A stretch of DNA of 64,000 nt from positions 1,314-65,313 of the forward strand of contig JAACED010000002.1 of NCBI GenBank assembly GCA_011682695.1, written 5' to 3'. The DNA is from Gammaproteobacteria bacterium (GTDB lineage Bacteria > Actinomycetota > Acidimicrobiia > Spongiisociales > UBA4744). Positions 9,467 through 18,984 of the stretch are shown here, piece by piece (position 1 is the first letter of the stretch; every line of letters begins with the position of its first letter). Under the pieces are notes generated by a model. That model was not told where the DNA came from. It worked only from the letters and a program-made list of their open reading frames with translations, and searched no databases. The position numbers and the translations under genes are program-made.

Positions 9467-10921
9467 TCAGGACGCCAGGTCTTCGGCGAGAGCGATCAAA
9501 GTCCGCACACCGAACCCGGAACCGCCCTTGAACTGGTAGTGCTCGTCCTCGGGCCAGCGACCCGGACCGGCGATGTCGAGATGCACCCACGGCACGCCTT
9601 CAGCGACGAACTCTGAGAGGAACAGCGCGGCGTTGATCGCACCGCCCCAGCGGATCCCGGTGTTCTTCATGTCGGCGATATCCGAGTCGATGTTCTTGCG
9701 GTAGTCGTCCGGCAGTGGCATGTGCCAGAACCGCTCCCCCGCCCGCGCCGCGGCGGCGAGCACCTGCTCGGCTGCGTCGTCATCGTTGGCCCACAGACCA
9801 CCGATCTTCTCGCCGAGCGCCACCTTGCACGCTCCCGTCAGAGTGGCCACGTCGACGATCAGGTCCGGTTCGGCTTCGCTGGCGAGTGAGAGGCCGTCGG
9901 CCAGAACCAGGCGGCCTTCTGCGTCGGTGTTGAGCACCTCCACGGTCTTGCCGTTGCGAGGACGGATCACGTCGCCGGGACGCATCGCTCCTCCGCCGGG
10001 CATGTTCTCGGTCAGCGGTGCGATCCCGATCACCTTCACCGCAATGCCGAGCGAGGCGATCGCCTGGACCGCCCCGAACACCGCGGCGGCTCCCGACATG
10101 TCCGTCTTCATCGTCTCCATGCCCGTGCCGGTCTTGAGCGACAGGCCGCCGGAATCGAACACGATCCCCTTGCCGACCAGAGCCAGGAACGCTTTCGGAT
10201 CGGCGGGTTCGTAGGCGAATTCGACCAGACGCGCAGGATTGTGCGCTCCCATCGAGACACCCATCAGTCCTCCGAGACGTTCGGCCTCGATCTCGTCGGG
10301 CTCGAGGACCTTGACGGTGACCCCCACGGATCGGCCGATCTCGCGTGCCTTGTCCGCCAGGACGGCGGGGGCCTTCGCCAGTGCGGGTTCGTTGATGAGA
10401 TCACGGGCGAGCACCACCGCATCGACGATCACCGCTGCGTCCCCTGCCCGCCCGGCAGCATCTTCGGCACCTTCGCCAACGAATCTCAGCGACTCGGTCT
10501 TGGCGGGTTTCGGCTCCGACTTGTACGTGTCGAACCGGTACTGGCCGAGGAGGAACCCTTCGACGACCGCACCGGCCGTACCGTCCAGATCGACCTGATG
10601 CAGAGTCGTGGCCACATCCACCGTCTTGGCGGCCTTGCGACCCAGCCAGCCGGCCGCTTTTCGGAGCGCCTCGAGGTCGACATCCGATCCGAGACCAACG
10701 AGGAACAAGGTTCGGAATCCAAGTCGCCCGCCGGTGGGCACGGCGAGGATCTCGCCGGCCTTGCCGGAGAAGTCCTGTTCGTCCAGGTACTCGTCGAGCC
10801 AGTCACCGAGTTGTTCTGCTGCCCAGTCGGCTCCGGGACCCCAGGTGCGGTCTTCGAACACGGGGACGGCGAGCGCCTCTCCCGATTCGGACTCGAGCGG
10901 GCCTCCTGCGGTGATGTTCAC
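9467..10921 (-). CDS. pepA: Leucyl aminopeptidase (M17)
   Basis: GKGIVFDSGG, MKTDMSGAA, NTDAEGRL, ATLTGA, HLDIAG. GTG start 10921 overlaps the upstream stop. Confidence 0.95.
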   Translation of the reverse strand: MNITAGGPLESESGEALAVPVFEDRTWGPGADWAAEQLGDWLDEYLDEQDFSGKAGEILAVPTGGRLGFRTLFLVGLGSDVDLEALRKAAGWLGRKAAKTVDVATTLHQVDLDGTAGAVVEGFLLGQYRFDTYKSEPKPAKTESLRFVGEGAEDAAGRAGDAAVIVDAVVLARDLINEPALAKAPAVLADKAREIGRSVGVTVKVLEPDEIEAERLGGLMGVSMGAHNPARLVEFAYEPADPKAFLALVGKGIVFDSGGLSLKTGTGMETMKTDMSGAAAVFGAVQAIASLGIAVKVIGIAPLTENMPGGGAMRPGDVIRPRNGKTVEVLNTDAEGRLVLADGLSLASEAEPDLIVDVATLTGACKVALGEKIGGLWANDDDAAEQVLAAAARAGERFWHMPLPDDYRKNIDSDIADMKNTGIRWGGAINAALFLSEFVAEGVPWVHLDIAGPGRWPEDEHYQFKGGSGFGVRTLIALAEDLAS

Positions 10922-11463
10922 TTCTCGTCTCCTTGTTTGCTGGGTTCCCATTCGGATTCGGTGGCCCGGGCGAGCACGTAGAGGTAGTCGGCGAGCCGGT
11001 TGAGGTAACGCAGCGCCTCTTCGAGGCCGCCCTGGCGCGAATAGGTGACGCAGCGGCGTTCTGCACGGCGCACGATCGTGCGGGCGTGCTCGATCAAGGC
11101 GGGTAGCGGCGCCTGGCCCGGCACGACGAACTCGCCGGGCAGGCCGACCTCGTCGACCAGTTCGTCGATCCAGGACTCGAGGCGTTCGGTCATCTCGGAG
11201 GTCGTCGCACTGGTCCCCGGCTGAAGCTTGTGACGGTTGCCGGGTGCCGTCGCAAGCTCGGCTGCGATCACGAACAGGTCACGCTGGACGGCGAGGATCC
11301 GTTCACCCACGAGACCCCCGGCCTGGGTCCTCGCGACACCGAGGGCCGCCACCGCCTCGTCGACGGTTCCGTACGCTTCCGGGGCGAGATCGTCCTTGGG
11401 GACACGGCCCCCGTAGAAGAGCCCGGTGGTGCCGTCGTCACCCTTCTTCGTGTAGATCTTCAC
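10918..11463 (-). CDS. ATP:cob(I)alamin adenosyltransferase, PduO type
   Basis: KIYTKKGDDGTT, AYGTVDE, RRAER, YLNRLADYL motifs. Confidence 0.92.
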   Translation of the reverse strand: MKIYTKKGDDGTTGLFYGGRVPKDDLAPEAYGTVDEAVAALGVARTQAGGLVGERILAVQRDLFVIAAELATAPGNRHKLQPGTSATTSEMTERLESWIDELVDEVGLPGEFVVPGQAPLPALIEHARTIVRRAERRCVTYSRQGGLEEALRYLNRLADYLYVLARATESEWEPSKQGDEK

Positions 11464-11476
11464 GCCGGTGAGTGTA
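11464..11476 (-). promoter_or_regulatory. Candidate -10 box for a leaderless transcript of the adenosyltransferase
   Basis: TACACT on the minus strand (11476-11471), 7 nt before the GTG start, with no Shine-Dalgarno sequence in between. Confidence 0.35.
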
Positions 11477-11527
11477 CTTGGGCCCGAGGTGAAGCAATGG
11501 GCCTACATCCGACGCTGCGATCCGAAA

Positions 11528-11563
11528 CGAACGGGTCGACGCCCTCGTCGGATCCCCCGTTCG
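11528..11563. terminator. Hairpin downstream of rfbD, possible terminator
   Basis: CGAACGGG...CCCGTTCG outer stem enclosing an inner CGACG/CGTCG stem; no U-tract. Confidence 0.3.
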
Positions 11564-11678
11564 GAATCCTTCCCCCTCAGAGAAGTGACTTGTGACGCCC
11601 TCCCATGGTTCCCCTGAGTGGGCACGGCGAGCGGTGAGGGCTGGGTGCCAAGGGCGTAGCCGTCGGGTGGGTGTTCGG

Positions 11679-12524
11679 CTATGGCCAGTCGATGATGGCT
11701 TGAACGATGTACGGAAGTGATTGTTCCCAGAGTGTCAGGGGTTCGATGTCGAGCTCTGCCAGGCGCTCGGAGCCGAGCACGGACCAGTGGGGTCTCGGTG
11801 CAGGGCGGGGGAACGCGTCACTGGTCGTGCGTTGCACCAGGTCGGGGTCGAGACCTGCCAGCTCGACGGCTCGGCGGGCAACTCCGTACCAGGTGGTGAC
11901 TCCTTGGTTGGTGAGGTGCAGGATTCCGGTCGCGTCGGCTTCGAGGGTTCGCAGGGTGGCGACGGCGAGGTCGTCGGCGATTGTGGGGCAGCCCCACTGG
12001 TCGTCTACTACCTGCACGGTTCCCTTTCCGGCTCGCTCCAGGACCGTCGAGATGAAGTTCGGGTGGGTGCCGGAGATCAGCCACGAAGTGCGAACGATCA
12101 GGCTTTGTGGGTTGGCGGCCAGGGCCAGGCGTTCCCCGGCGGCCTTCGTACGTCCGTAGGCGTTGATCGGGGCGGTCGGGTCCGACTCGATGTACGGGCG
12201 CTCGGCGGTGCCGTCGAAGACGTAGTCGGTCGAGTAGGTGACGAACCGTGCACTGTGCGACGCGCACCAGGCGGCCATCGCCTCCACCGCGGCGGCGTTG
12301 ACAGTGAACGCGGTCTGCTCGTCGGTCTCGGCGGCGTCGACGGCGGTGTAGGCGGCGCAGTTGATGAGTGTGGCGGGTGCCAGCTCATCGAGGGTCGGGA
12401 CGATCGACGCAACGTCGGCGAGGTTCAGGTCGGCGCGGGTCAACAGTGTGGCTTCAGGAAGTAGTTTGGCGAACGCGGTGCCGAGCTGGCCCGATGCGCC
12501 GGTGACTGCGACTCGGGGCGTCAT
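11679..12524 (-). CDS. rfbD: dTDP-4-dehydrorhamnose reductase
   Basis: Start ATG 12524. [43 protein letters not shown] motifs. Confidence 0.95.
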   Translation of the reverse strand: MTPRVAVTGASGQLGTAFAKLLPEATLLTRADLNLADVASIVPTLDELAPATLINCAAYTAVDAAETDEQTAFTVNAAAVEAMAAWCASHSARFVTYSTDYVFDGTAERPYIESDPTAPINAYGRTKAAGERLALAANPQSLIVRTSWLISGTHPNFISTVLERAGKGTVQVVDDQWGCPTIADDLAVATLRTLEADATGILHLTNQGVTTWYGVARRAVELAGLDPDLVQRTTSDAFPRPAPRPHWSVLGSERLAELDIEPLTLWEQSLPYIVQAIIDWP

Positions 12525-13387
12525 CGCCGCTCGGCGAGGATTTCTTCGAGGTACGCGCGATATGACGAGACCGGCATCGTCTCGACGACCCGACGGAGCT
12601 TGTCTTCGTCGATGAGTCCTTTGCGGAAGGCGATCTCCTCGAGACAAGCGATCTTGAGGCTCTGGCGGCGTTCGACGGTGGCGATGAAATTCGCCGCTTC
12701 CAGCAGGCTGTCGTGCGTGCCGCTGTCGAGCCACGCGACCCCGCGATCGAACAGATGCACCTGGAGTCGGCCACGCTTCAGGTACGCCAGGTTGACGTCG
12801 GTGATCTCCAGCTCGCCCCGAGCCGACGGTTGCATCGACTTGGCCACCGACACCACCTCGTTGTCGTACACGTAGAGGCCTGGTATCGCATGCCGCGACC
12901 TGGGTTGCTCCGGTTTCTCCTCCAGCGACAGCACCTGTCCGTCCGGGGCGAACTCGACGACGCCGTAGCGCTGCGGATCCCGTACCGGATAGCCGAAGAT
13001 CACCGCCCCATCAGTGAACGACTCGACAACGTCCTCGAGGCCGATCCGTCCATGAAAGATGTTGTCGCCGAGGATCAGCGTCACCGGGTCACCGCCGATG
13101 AACGGCTCACCCACGAGGAACGCCTGAGCGATTCCTTTCGGTTCAGCCTGGGTGGCGTAGGCCAGATCGATGCCCCACTGGGACCCGTCCCCGAGCAGAT
13201 GCCGGAACCGGGGTACGTCTGCGGGAGTCGTGATGATCAGGATGTCGCGGATCCCTGCGAGCATGAGTGTCGACAGCGGGTAGTAGATCATCGGTTTGTC
13301 GTAGACCGGCTGGAGCTGCTTCGAAGCGACCCGTGTGATCGGATCCAGGCGGCTCCCGGCTCCTCCCGCCAGAACGATGCCCTTCAT
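12521..13387 (-). CDS. rfbA: Glucose-1-phosphate thymidylyltransferase
   Basis: [50 protein letters not shown]. Confidence 0.96.
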   Translation of the reverse strand: MKGIVLAGGAGSRLDPITRVASKQLQPVYDKPMIYYPLSTLMLAGIRDILIITTPADVPRFRHLLGDGSQWGIDLAYATQAEPKGIAQAFLVGEPFIGGDPVTLILGDNIFHGRIGLEDVVESFTDGAVIFGYPVRDPQRYGVVEFAPDGQVLSLEEKPEQPRSRHAIPGLYVYDNEVVSVAKSMQPSARGELEITDVNLAYLKRGRLQVHLFDRGVAWLDSGTHDSLLEAANFIATVERRQSLKIACLEEIAFRKGLIDEDKLRRVVETMPVSSYRAYLEEILAERR

Positions 13388-14352
13388 CCTCGCTCCCCCT
13401 TCAACGGGCGCCACCAGTCCTCGCGACGCCGGTACCAGTCGATCGTCTCGGCCAAGCGCTCGTCCAGCGTCCCGGTCGGCGCCCACCCGAGCGCCCGGAT
13501 CTTGGACGAATCCACGGCGTATCGCAGGTCGTGTCCGGGCCGGTCGGTCACGTAGGTGATCGACGACTCGTCCCTGCCGAACGCCGCCAGAATCCTGCGG
13601 GTCAACTCCAGGTTCGTCACCTGCGCGTTCGCCCCGATGTTGTAGATCTCGCCTGGAGTGCCCTCTTCGATCAGCAGGCGCAGCGCGGCGACATGGTCAT
13701 CGACGTGCAGCCAGTCCCGTTCGTTGCGGCCGGTACCGTACAGGGGCACCTTGCGGCCCTCCATCAGGTTCGTCACGAACAGCGGGATGACCTTCTCGGG
13801 AAACTGGTAGGGCCCGTAGTTGTTCGTGCAGCGGGTCACGATCGCCCGATACCCGTAGGTGACCCCGTAGGAACGCACGTACAGGTCCGCGGCGGCCTTG
13901 GACGCCGAGTACGGAGACGACGGCTCCAGCACACCGCTCTCGGAGGCGAAACCATCCTCGATCGACCCGTACACCTCATCGGTCGACACCTGCACGAACA
14001 ACGGCACATCGTGCCGGCGGGCAGCGTCGATCAGCACCGCCGTGCCGACCAGATTCGTCTCGGCGAAGACCACCGGACCGTCGATGGACCGATCCACATG
14101 GCTCTCGGCAGCGAAATTCACCACCACATCGTGACCAGGCATCAACTCCTCGACCAGGTCCCGGTCACGGATGTCGCCGTGGACGAACCGGTGGCCCGAC
14201 AACTCGTCGAGCTCGCCGACGGTGGCCTTCACCCCGGCATACGTGAGCAGATCCAGATTCGTCACCGCCGCGCCCGATTCCTCGCTGAGGACGGTCCGCA
14301 CGAAGTTCGAACCGATGAAACCTGCACCACCGGTGACGAGATAGCGGGTCAT
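13384..14352 (-). CDS. rfbB: dTDP-glucose 4,6-dehydratase
   Basis: Start ATG 14352. [48 protein letters not shown]. Confidence 0.96.
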   Translation of the reverse strand: MTRYLVTGGAGFIGSNFVRTVLSEESGAAVTNLDLLTYAGVKATVGELDELSGHRFVHGDIRDRDLVEELMPGHDVVVNFAAESHVDRSIDGPVVFAETNLVGTAVLIDAARRHDVPLFVQVSTDEVYGSIEDGFASESGVLEPSSPYSASKAAADLYVRSYGVTYGYRAIVTRCTNNYGPYQFPEKVIPLFVTNLMEGRKVPLYGTGRNERDWLHVDDHVAALRLLIEEGTPGEIYNIGANAQVTNLELTRRILAAFGRDESSITYVTDRPGHDLRYAVDSSKIRALGWAPTGTLDERLAETIDWYRRREDWWRPLKGERG

Positions 14353-14359
14353 CGGGTCC

Positions 14360-14905
14360 TCACTCGAAGATACCTGCGTCGGTGAGCAGCGGCGCCGCCG
14401 CGTCCCTGTCCGACAGGAACGGCGTGCCATCGAACGGCCATTCAATGCCGATGGTCGGGTCATCCCAGCGGATCGACCGCTCCCCAGGACCATGGTAGAA
14501 GTCCGTCGTCTTGTACTGCACCTCGGCGGGCCCGTCGAGCACGTAGAAACCGTGCGCGAACCCCGCCGGGACCCACAGCTGGCGATGGTTGTCGGCCGAT
14601 AACTCAATGCTGGTCCACCGGGCCAACGTCGGTGAGGAACGACGTATATCGACCACAACGTCGAAGACCCTCCCAACGGTACAGCGAACCAGCTTCGCCT
14701 GTGGAGGATCCACCTGACAATGCAGACCACGCAGCACGCCGGCCTTGGAACGCGAGTGGTTGTCCTGAACGAACGTCACATCCAGACCCGTCGCCTCACG
14801 GAACGTGCGAACGTTAAACGACTCACAGAACCAACCACGGTCATCCGCGAACACCCGTGGCTCGAGGATCAGGACGTCAGGAAGATGGGTAGGCGTGACG
14901 TGCAT
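14360..14905 (-). CDS. rfbC: dTDP-4-dehydrorhamnose 3,5-epimerase
   Basis: DDRGWF, FVQDNHSRS, LRGLH, DVVVDIR, GFAHGF, YKTTDFY. Confidence 0.95.
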   Translation of the reverse strand: MHVTPTHLPDVLILEPRVFADDRGWFCESFNVRTFREATGLDVTFVQDNHSRSKAGVLRGLHCQVDPPQAKLVRCTVGRVFDVVVDIRRSSPTLARWTSIELSADNHRQLWVPAGFAHGFYVLDGPAEVQYKTTDFYHGPGERSIRWDDPTIGIEWPFDGTPFLSDRDAAAPLLTDAGIFE

Positions 14906-15323
14906 CCGCTGGGATGGTAGCTACCCCTGATCGTTCATGAGAGGTTGTGATCGGGTCGGGTTGCGGTGTCGGTGTGGGTTGAAGTCGTGTGTCCGGCGGT
15001 TCGGAGCCGGGTCGTGCCGATGGCCCAGGAGGCTGCTGAGTAATGCCGTTGGGTAGATCGGTGACCAGGCGCGCCACCCGTTCGGATCCAGGCCGCAGAA
15101 TCTCCGCCTCGTACCGGCCGGGATCGAACCGGACCGCACCGATAGTGGCGGGCCGCCTGCGTTCCGGCTTCGGTCACCGGTGCCGGCTACCCTCGCCATG
15201 CCGGTGGAACTTCGATTGGTCGCCACACACCAGGGCCGAACGAGTAGTGTCTGATACGACGCCCAACGCACGCAGGCCCGCCAAGCGTAATAGGGTGTCG
15301 GTACGCACCCAGAGGGGAAACTC

Positions 15324-16670
15324 ATGCTGCAACGGATCACGACAACAGTGGGAAAACGGTTCACGTTGGTGCTCTTGGCAGCACTGCTGGTGGGCGGTTT
15401 GCTCGCACCTGCTGCGCAAGGAGCCGGCAGTTCGACGGTCGATCGCCTGGCCGGCGCAGACCGGTTCGGAACTGCAGTCGCGGTTTCTCAAGATGCGTTC
15501 CCCTCCGGAGCGGCAACGGTGTTCGTCGCATACGGGTTCTCGTTCCCCGATGCCCTTGCCGGCGGAGTTGCCGCAGCCATGGCTCCCGGACCGATCCTGT
15601 TGGTGCGAACGGACTCGATCCCTACGGTGACCGCCACCGAGCTCACCCGGCTGGCCCCTGACGAGATCGTCATTCTCGGCGGCACCGGTGTCGTATCCGC
15701 CGCCGTGGAAACGGCACTCGGCTCGTACGCAACGACGGTTCGCCGGTTGTGGGGAGCCGACCGGTTCGCGACGGCTGCGGCAATCGCCTCCGATACGTTC
15801 CCGTCCGGATCCGACACAGTCGTGCTGACCAACGGGTTCAACTACCCCGACGCCGTGGCCGCCGTGCCTGCGGCAGCCAAGATGACCGCGCCGCTGCTCC
15901 TGACGCTCACCGAGTCGCTTCCATCGACGACCGCCACGGCGATCACCGCTCTTGGAGCATCCCGTGTCGTGATTCTCGGTGGAACCGCAGCCGTGTCGAC
16001 GGCTGTGGAAACTGCCGTATCGAATCTGCCGGGCGTGACGAGCGTCGATCGTTGGGGAGGCGCCACCCGCTTCGACACGGCCGCGATAATCAGCCAGGAG
16101 AAGTGGCCGTGTGGTTCGACCACGGTGTATGTGACCTACGGGTTCAACTACCCGGACGCACTCGCAGGCGGGCCCGCAGCGTATCTCGACAACGCGCCGA
16201 TGCTGCTGATGAACTCCGACATCGTCCCGACGGCGACCTACAACGAGATCCGGCGACTTCGCGCCACCAAGGTCGTGATCCTCGGTGGAACAGGCGTCAT
16301 TTCCGACGCGGCCGAAACGGCCCTCGAGACGCTTCTCGGCCTGTCGACCTACAACGACGCACCGACGGTGAAGATCACCGCTCCTCCGAACCTGTCGACC
16401 TATGTCACCACCTGGAACGGGACCGCCTGGGGCGCCGTCGTCGACTTCACATCGACAACGTCGGATGCGAACTGTGATACCACGACCGTCGTATGGACTT
16501 CGAGCGTCCAGGGCGCGCTGGGTACCACCGAGGCGATCAGCCCGGAGCTCCTCATCCCGTGGGGACAAGACTCCTCGCAGCCGACGATCACGGTGACCGT
16601 CACCGACTCGTACGGTGCGACAGGCAGCGACTCGATTCAGGTCAAGCTGTTCGTACCGTCCCCGGATTGA
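15324..16670 (+). CDS. Secreted cell-surface protein: three CWB2 repeats plus a short C-terminal Ig/PKD-like domain
   Basis: Signal peptide (AAQ|G). Three CWB2 repeats (RLAGADRFGT, RLWGADRFAT, RWGGATRFDT), then about 105 aa of Thr/Val-rich beta-sandwich-like sequence (ITVTVTDSYGAT). Confidence 0.85.
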   Translation: MLQRITTTVGKRFTLVLLAALLVGGLLAPAAQGAGSSTVDRLAGADRFGTAVAVSQDAFPSGAATVFVAYGFSFPDALAGGVAAAMAPGPILLVRTDSIPTVTATELTRLAPDEIVILGGTGVVSAAVETALGSYATTVRRLWGADRFATAAAIASDTFPSGSDTVVLTNGFNYPDAVAAVPAAAKMTAPLLLTLTESLPSTTATAITALGASRVVILGGTAAVSTAVETAVSNLPGVTSVDRWGGATRFDTAAIISQEKWPCGSTTVYVTYGFNYPDALAGGPAAYLDNAPMLLMNSDIVPTATYNEIRRLRATKVVILGGTGVISDAAETALETLLGLSTYNDAPTVKITAPPNLSTYVTTWNGTAWGAVVDFTSTTSDANCDTTTVVWTSSVQGALGTTEAISPELLIPWGQDSSQPTITVTVTDSYGATGSDSIQVKLFVPSPD

Positions 16671-16679
16671 CGCCAACGT

Positions 16680-16721
16680 CGGCCATAGGAGGGTCCGGTT
16701 CGCCGGACTCCCCTATGGCCG
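16680..16721. terminator. Long GC-rich hairpin between convergent genes (probable bidirectional terminator)
   Basis: GGCCATAGG-AGGGTCCGG-TTCG-CCGGACTCC-CCTATGGCC. Confidence 0.6.
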
Positions 16722-16871
16722 ATGACGTCGCCCCGGCTCGCAGGTCCCGCATCTGAGACACCCGTTGCAGACAGGTGAACCCGGCCGCTCGCTCCGGCAC
16801 ATCAGGAGGAATAGTCGGCATCGGCGCGGAGAAACAGCCTCCGGCGAACACTCACACCCGGCGGCTGCGGA

Positions 16872-18818
16872 TCATCGCCGACTTCTCGGCCCAAGCCACT
16901 CGTTGACCCGTGCCGCCACCGCTCCGGGCGTGAACCCCCACTGCTCGGCGATCACGCCCGCCGGTGCCGAGGCGCCGAAATGGTCGATCCCGATCCGAAG
17001 GCCGTCCGAGCCGGTGATGCGCTCCCATCCGAACGTCGACGCCGCCTCGATCGACACGATCGGCACACCGTTGCCGAACACCGATGTCCGGTACGCCTTC
17101 TCCTGGGCGAAGAACGCTTCCCACGACGGCAGCGACACGACTCGAGCGGACACGCCGTCGCCGGCGAGCACCTCGGCGGCACCCAACGCCACATGAACTT
17201 CCGACCCGGTCGCGACCAGCACCACGTCGTCGCCGTCGCGCAGCACGTACCCGCCGCGGGCAACGCCTCCGCCCGGACGCTCCAGCACGGGAAGCCCCTG
17301 TCGGGTCAGCACCAGCGCGGTCGGTCCGTCGGTCCGGTTCACCGCCAGCTCCAGCGCCTCGACGGTCTCGGTCGCGTCTGCGGGACGCAGCACCCACAGG
17401 TTGGGCATGGCTCGCAGCGACGCCAGGTGTTCGATCGGCTGGTGGGTCGGCCCATCCTCACCGAGGAACACCGAGTCGTGCGTCCAGATGAAGATGCTCG
17501 CCGCCTCCATGAGCGCAGCGAGGCGCACGGCCGGTCGCATGTAGTCGCTGAACACGAAGAACGTCGCCCCGTACGGTCGCAGCCCACCGTGTACGGCCAG
17601 GCCGTTCGTGATCGCGCCCATCGCGTGCTCACGGATCCCGTAGCGAATGTTGCGACCCGCCCGATCCTCCTTCGAGAAGCCGGCCGAAAACGAGATCTCG
17701 GTCTTGGTCGACGCGACCAGGTCGGCGGCGCCGCCGATGAAACCAGGGATCTTCTCGGCGATCTGGTCGAACACCTTGCCTGCGGCCGCCCGGGTTGCGA
17801 TCTTGCCGTCGAACGCCGGGGTCTCCAGTCGAACCGAAACATCACCGAAGTAGCCGGCCCAGCGTTCACTCGTCTCGGCGTCGACACCCGAAAACCGCTT
17901 CTCCCACGCCGCACGCGCTCCGCGGCCCCGATCCATGGCGTTCGAGAAGAACTCGTACACCCCGTCGGGGACGTAGAACGGCTCATCGGGCGGGAACCCC
18001 ATCAGCTCTTTGGTCGCACGAAGCTCCTCTTCGCCCAGCGGGGATCCGTGCACCCCCGGGGTGTCGTGTTTGGTGGGCGCACCATGACCGATGTGCGTTC
18101 GGGCGATGATCAGCGACGGCTTGTCGGCGACTACGAGCGCTTCACGGGTCGCTTCCTCGATCGCTGTCCTGTCGTGGCCGTCGACGGAGACCGTGTGCCA
18201 TCCCATGGCGGCGAATCGTGCGGGGATGTCCTCGGTGAAGGTGATCGACGTGTTCCCGTCGATGGTGATGTGGTTGTCGTCGTAGTAGTAGGTGAGCTTG
18301 CCGAGTCCCAGGTGCCCGGCGAGCGACGCGGTCTCCGCGGAAATGCCTTCCATGAGGTCACCGTCGGAGACGAACCCCCATGTGCGATGGTTCACGAGCT
18401 CCGGCCCGAAGACGGCCCGCAGGTGCTCTTCGGCGATCGCCAAGCCGACCGCTGTGCCGAACCCCTGGCCGAGCGGCCCGGTGGTCATCTCGATCCCTCT
18501 GGCCTGGTCGATCTCGGGATGCCCCGCCGTGTGCGACCCCCACTGGCGGAACTGTCGGAGATCCTCCATCGTGACCGGGAAGCCACTGAGATGCAGCAGC
18601 GCATAGAGCAGCATGGATGCGTGGCCGTTGGAGAGCACGAACCGGTCTCGGTCGGGCCACGTCGGATCGTCAGGATCGACGTTCAGGAACTTCGCCCAGA
18701 GCACCGTCGCGATGTCGGCCATGCCCATCGGTGCGCCGGGATGACCCGAGTTCGCTTTCTGGACGCCGTCGATGGCAAGACCTTTGATCGTGTCGACGGC
18801 GAGTTGTTCGATGCTCAT
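16872..18818 (-). CDS. tkt: Transketolase (full length)
   Basis: Start ATG 18818. NSGHPG, DRFVLSNGH, TTGPLGQG, SDGDLMEG, GIREHAM, THDSVFLGEDGPTHQP. Confidence 0.96.
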   Translation of the reverse strand: MSIEQLAVDTIKGLAIDGVQKANSGHPGAPMGMADIATVLWAKFLNVDPDDPTWPDRDRFVLSNGHASMLLYALLHLSGFPVTMEDLRQFRQWGSHTAGHPEIDQARGIEMTTGPLGQGFGTAVGLAIAEEHLRAVFGPELVNHRTWGFVSDGDLMEGISAETASLAGHLGLGKLTYYYDDNHITIDGNTSITFTEDIPARFAAMGWHTVSVDGHDRTAIEEATREALVVADKPSLIIARTHIGHGAPTKHDTPGVHGSPLGEEELRATKELMGFPPDEPFYVPDGVYEFFSNAMDRGRGARAAWEKRFSGVDAETSERWAGYFGDVSVRLETPAFDGKIATRAAAGKVFDQIAEKIPGFIGGAADLVASTKTEISFSAGFSKEDRAGRNIRYGIREHAMGAITNGLAVHGGLRPYGATFFVFSDYMRPAVRLAALMEAASIFIWTHDSVFLGEDGPTHQPIEHLASLRAMPNLWVLRPADATETVEALELAVNRTDGPTALVLTRQGLPVLERPGGGVARGGYVLRDGDDVVLVATGSEVHVALGAAEVLAGDGVSARVVSLPSWEAFFAQEKAYRTSVFGNGVPIVSIEAASTFGWERITGSDGLRIGIDHFGASAPAGVIAEQWGFTPGAVAARVNEWLGPRSRR

Positions 18819-18984
18819 CGGCTCTCCCGGTGGTTTTACGCAAGCGTAGTGAGGTCTGTCGGCCCGTCGAGCACCCTGTGACGCGCATCGGCGCACTCAC
18901 GGGCCAACCACGTAGGGACATGAGGTGTTCCAACGGATGGCGATCCCCTACACTCCTCCTCATCCCGAGATCCAGGACTGATTC

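Noticed and set aside
11464-11678. Cobalamin riboswitch upstream of the adenosyltransferase
   Set aside because: No recognisable B12-box or conserved core; only a generic hairpin
14906-15323. Gene remnant or small ORF in the rfbC/CWB2 gap (e.g. AVRFDPGRYEAEILRPG on the minus strand)
   Set aside because: No start or RBS for the protein-like part, low-complexity continuation, no recognisable family
16980-18881. Long antisense or alternate-frame ORFs (this 633-aa ORF, 27782-29404, 32493-34061, 37417-38937 and many others)
   Set aside because: Shadow ORFs expected in high-GC DNA; they overlap genes with clear family motifs and have Arg/Pro/Gly-biased, motif-free translations
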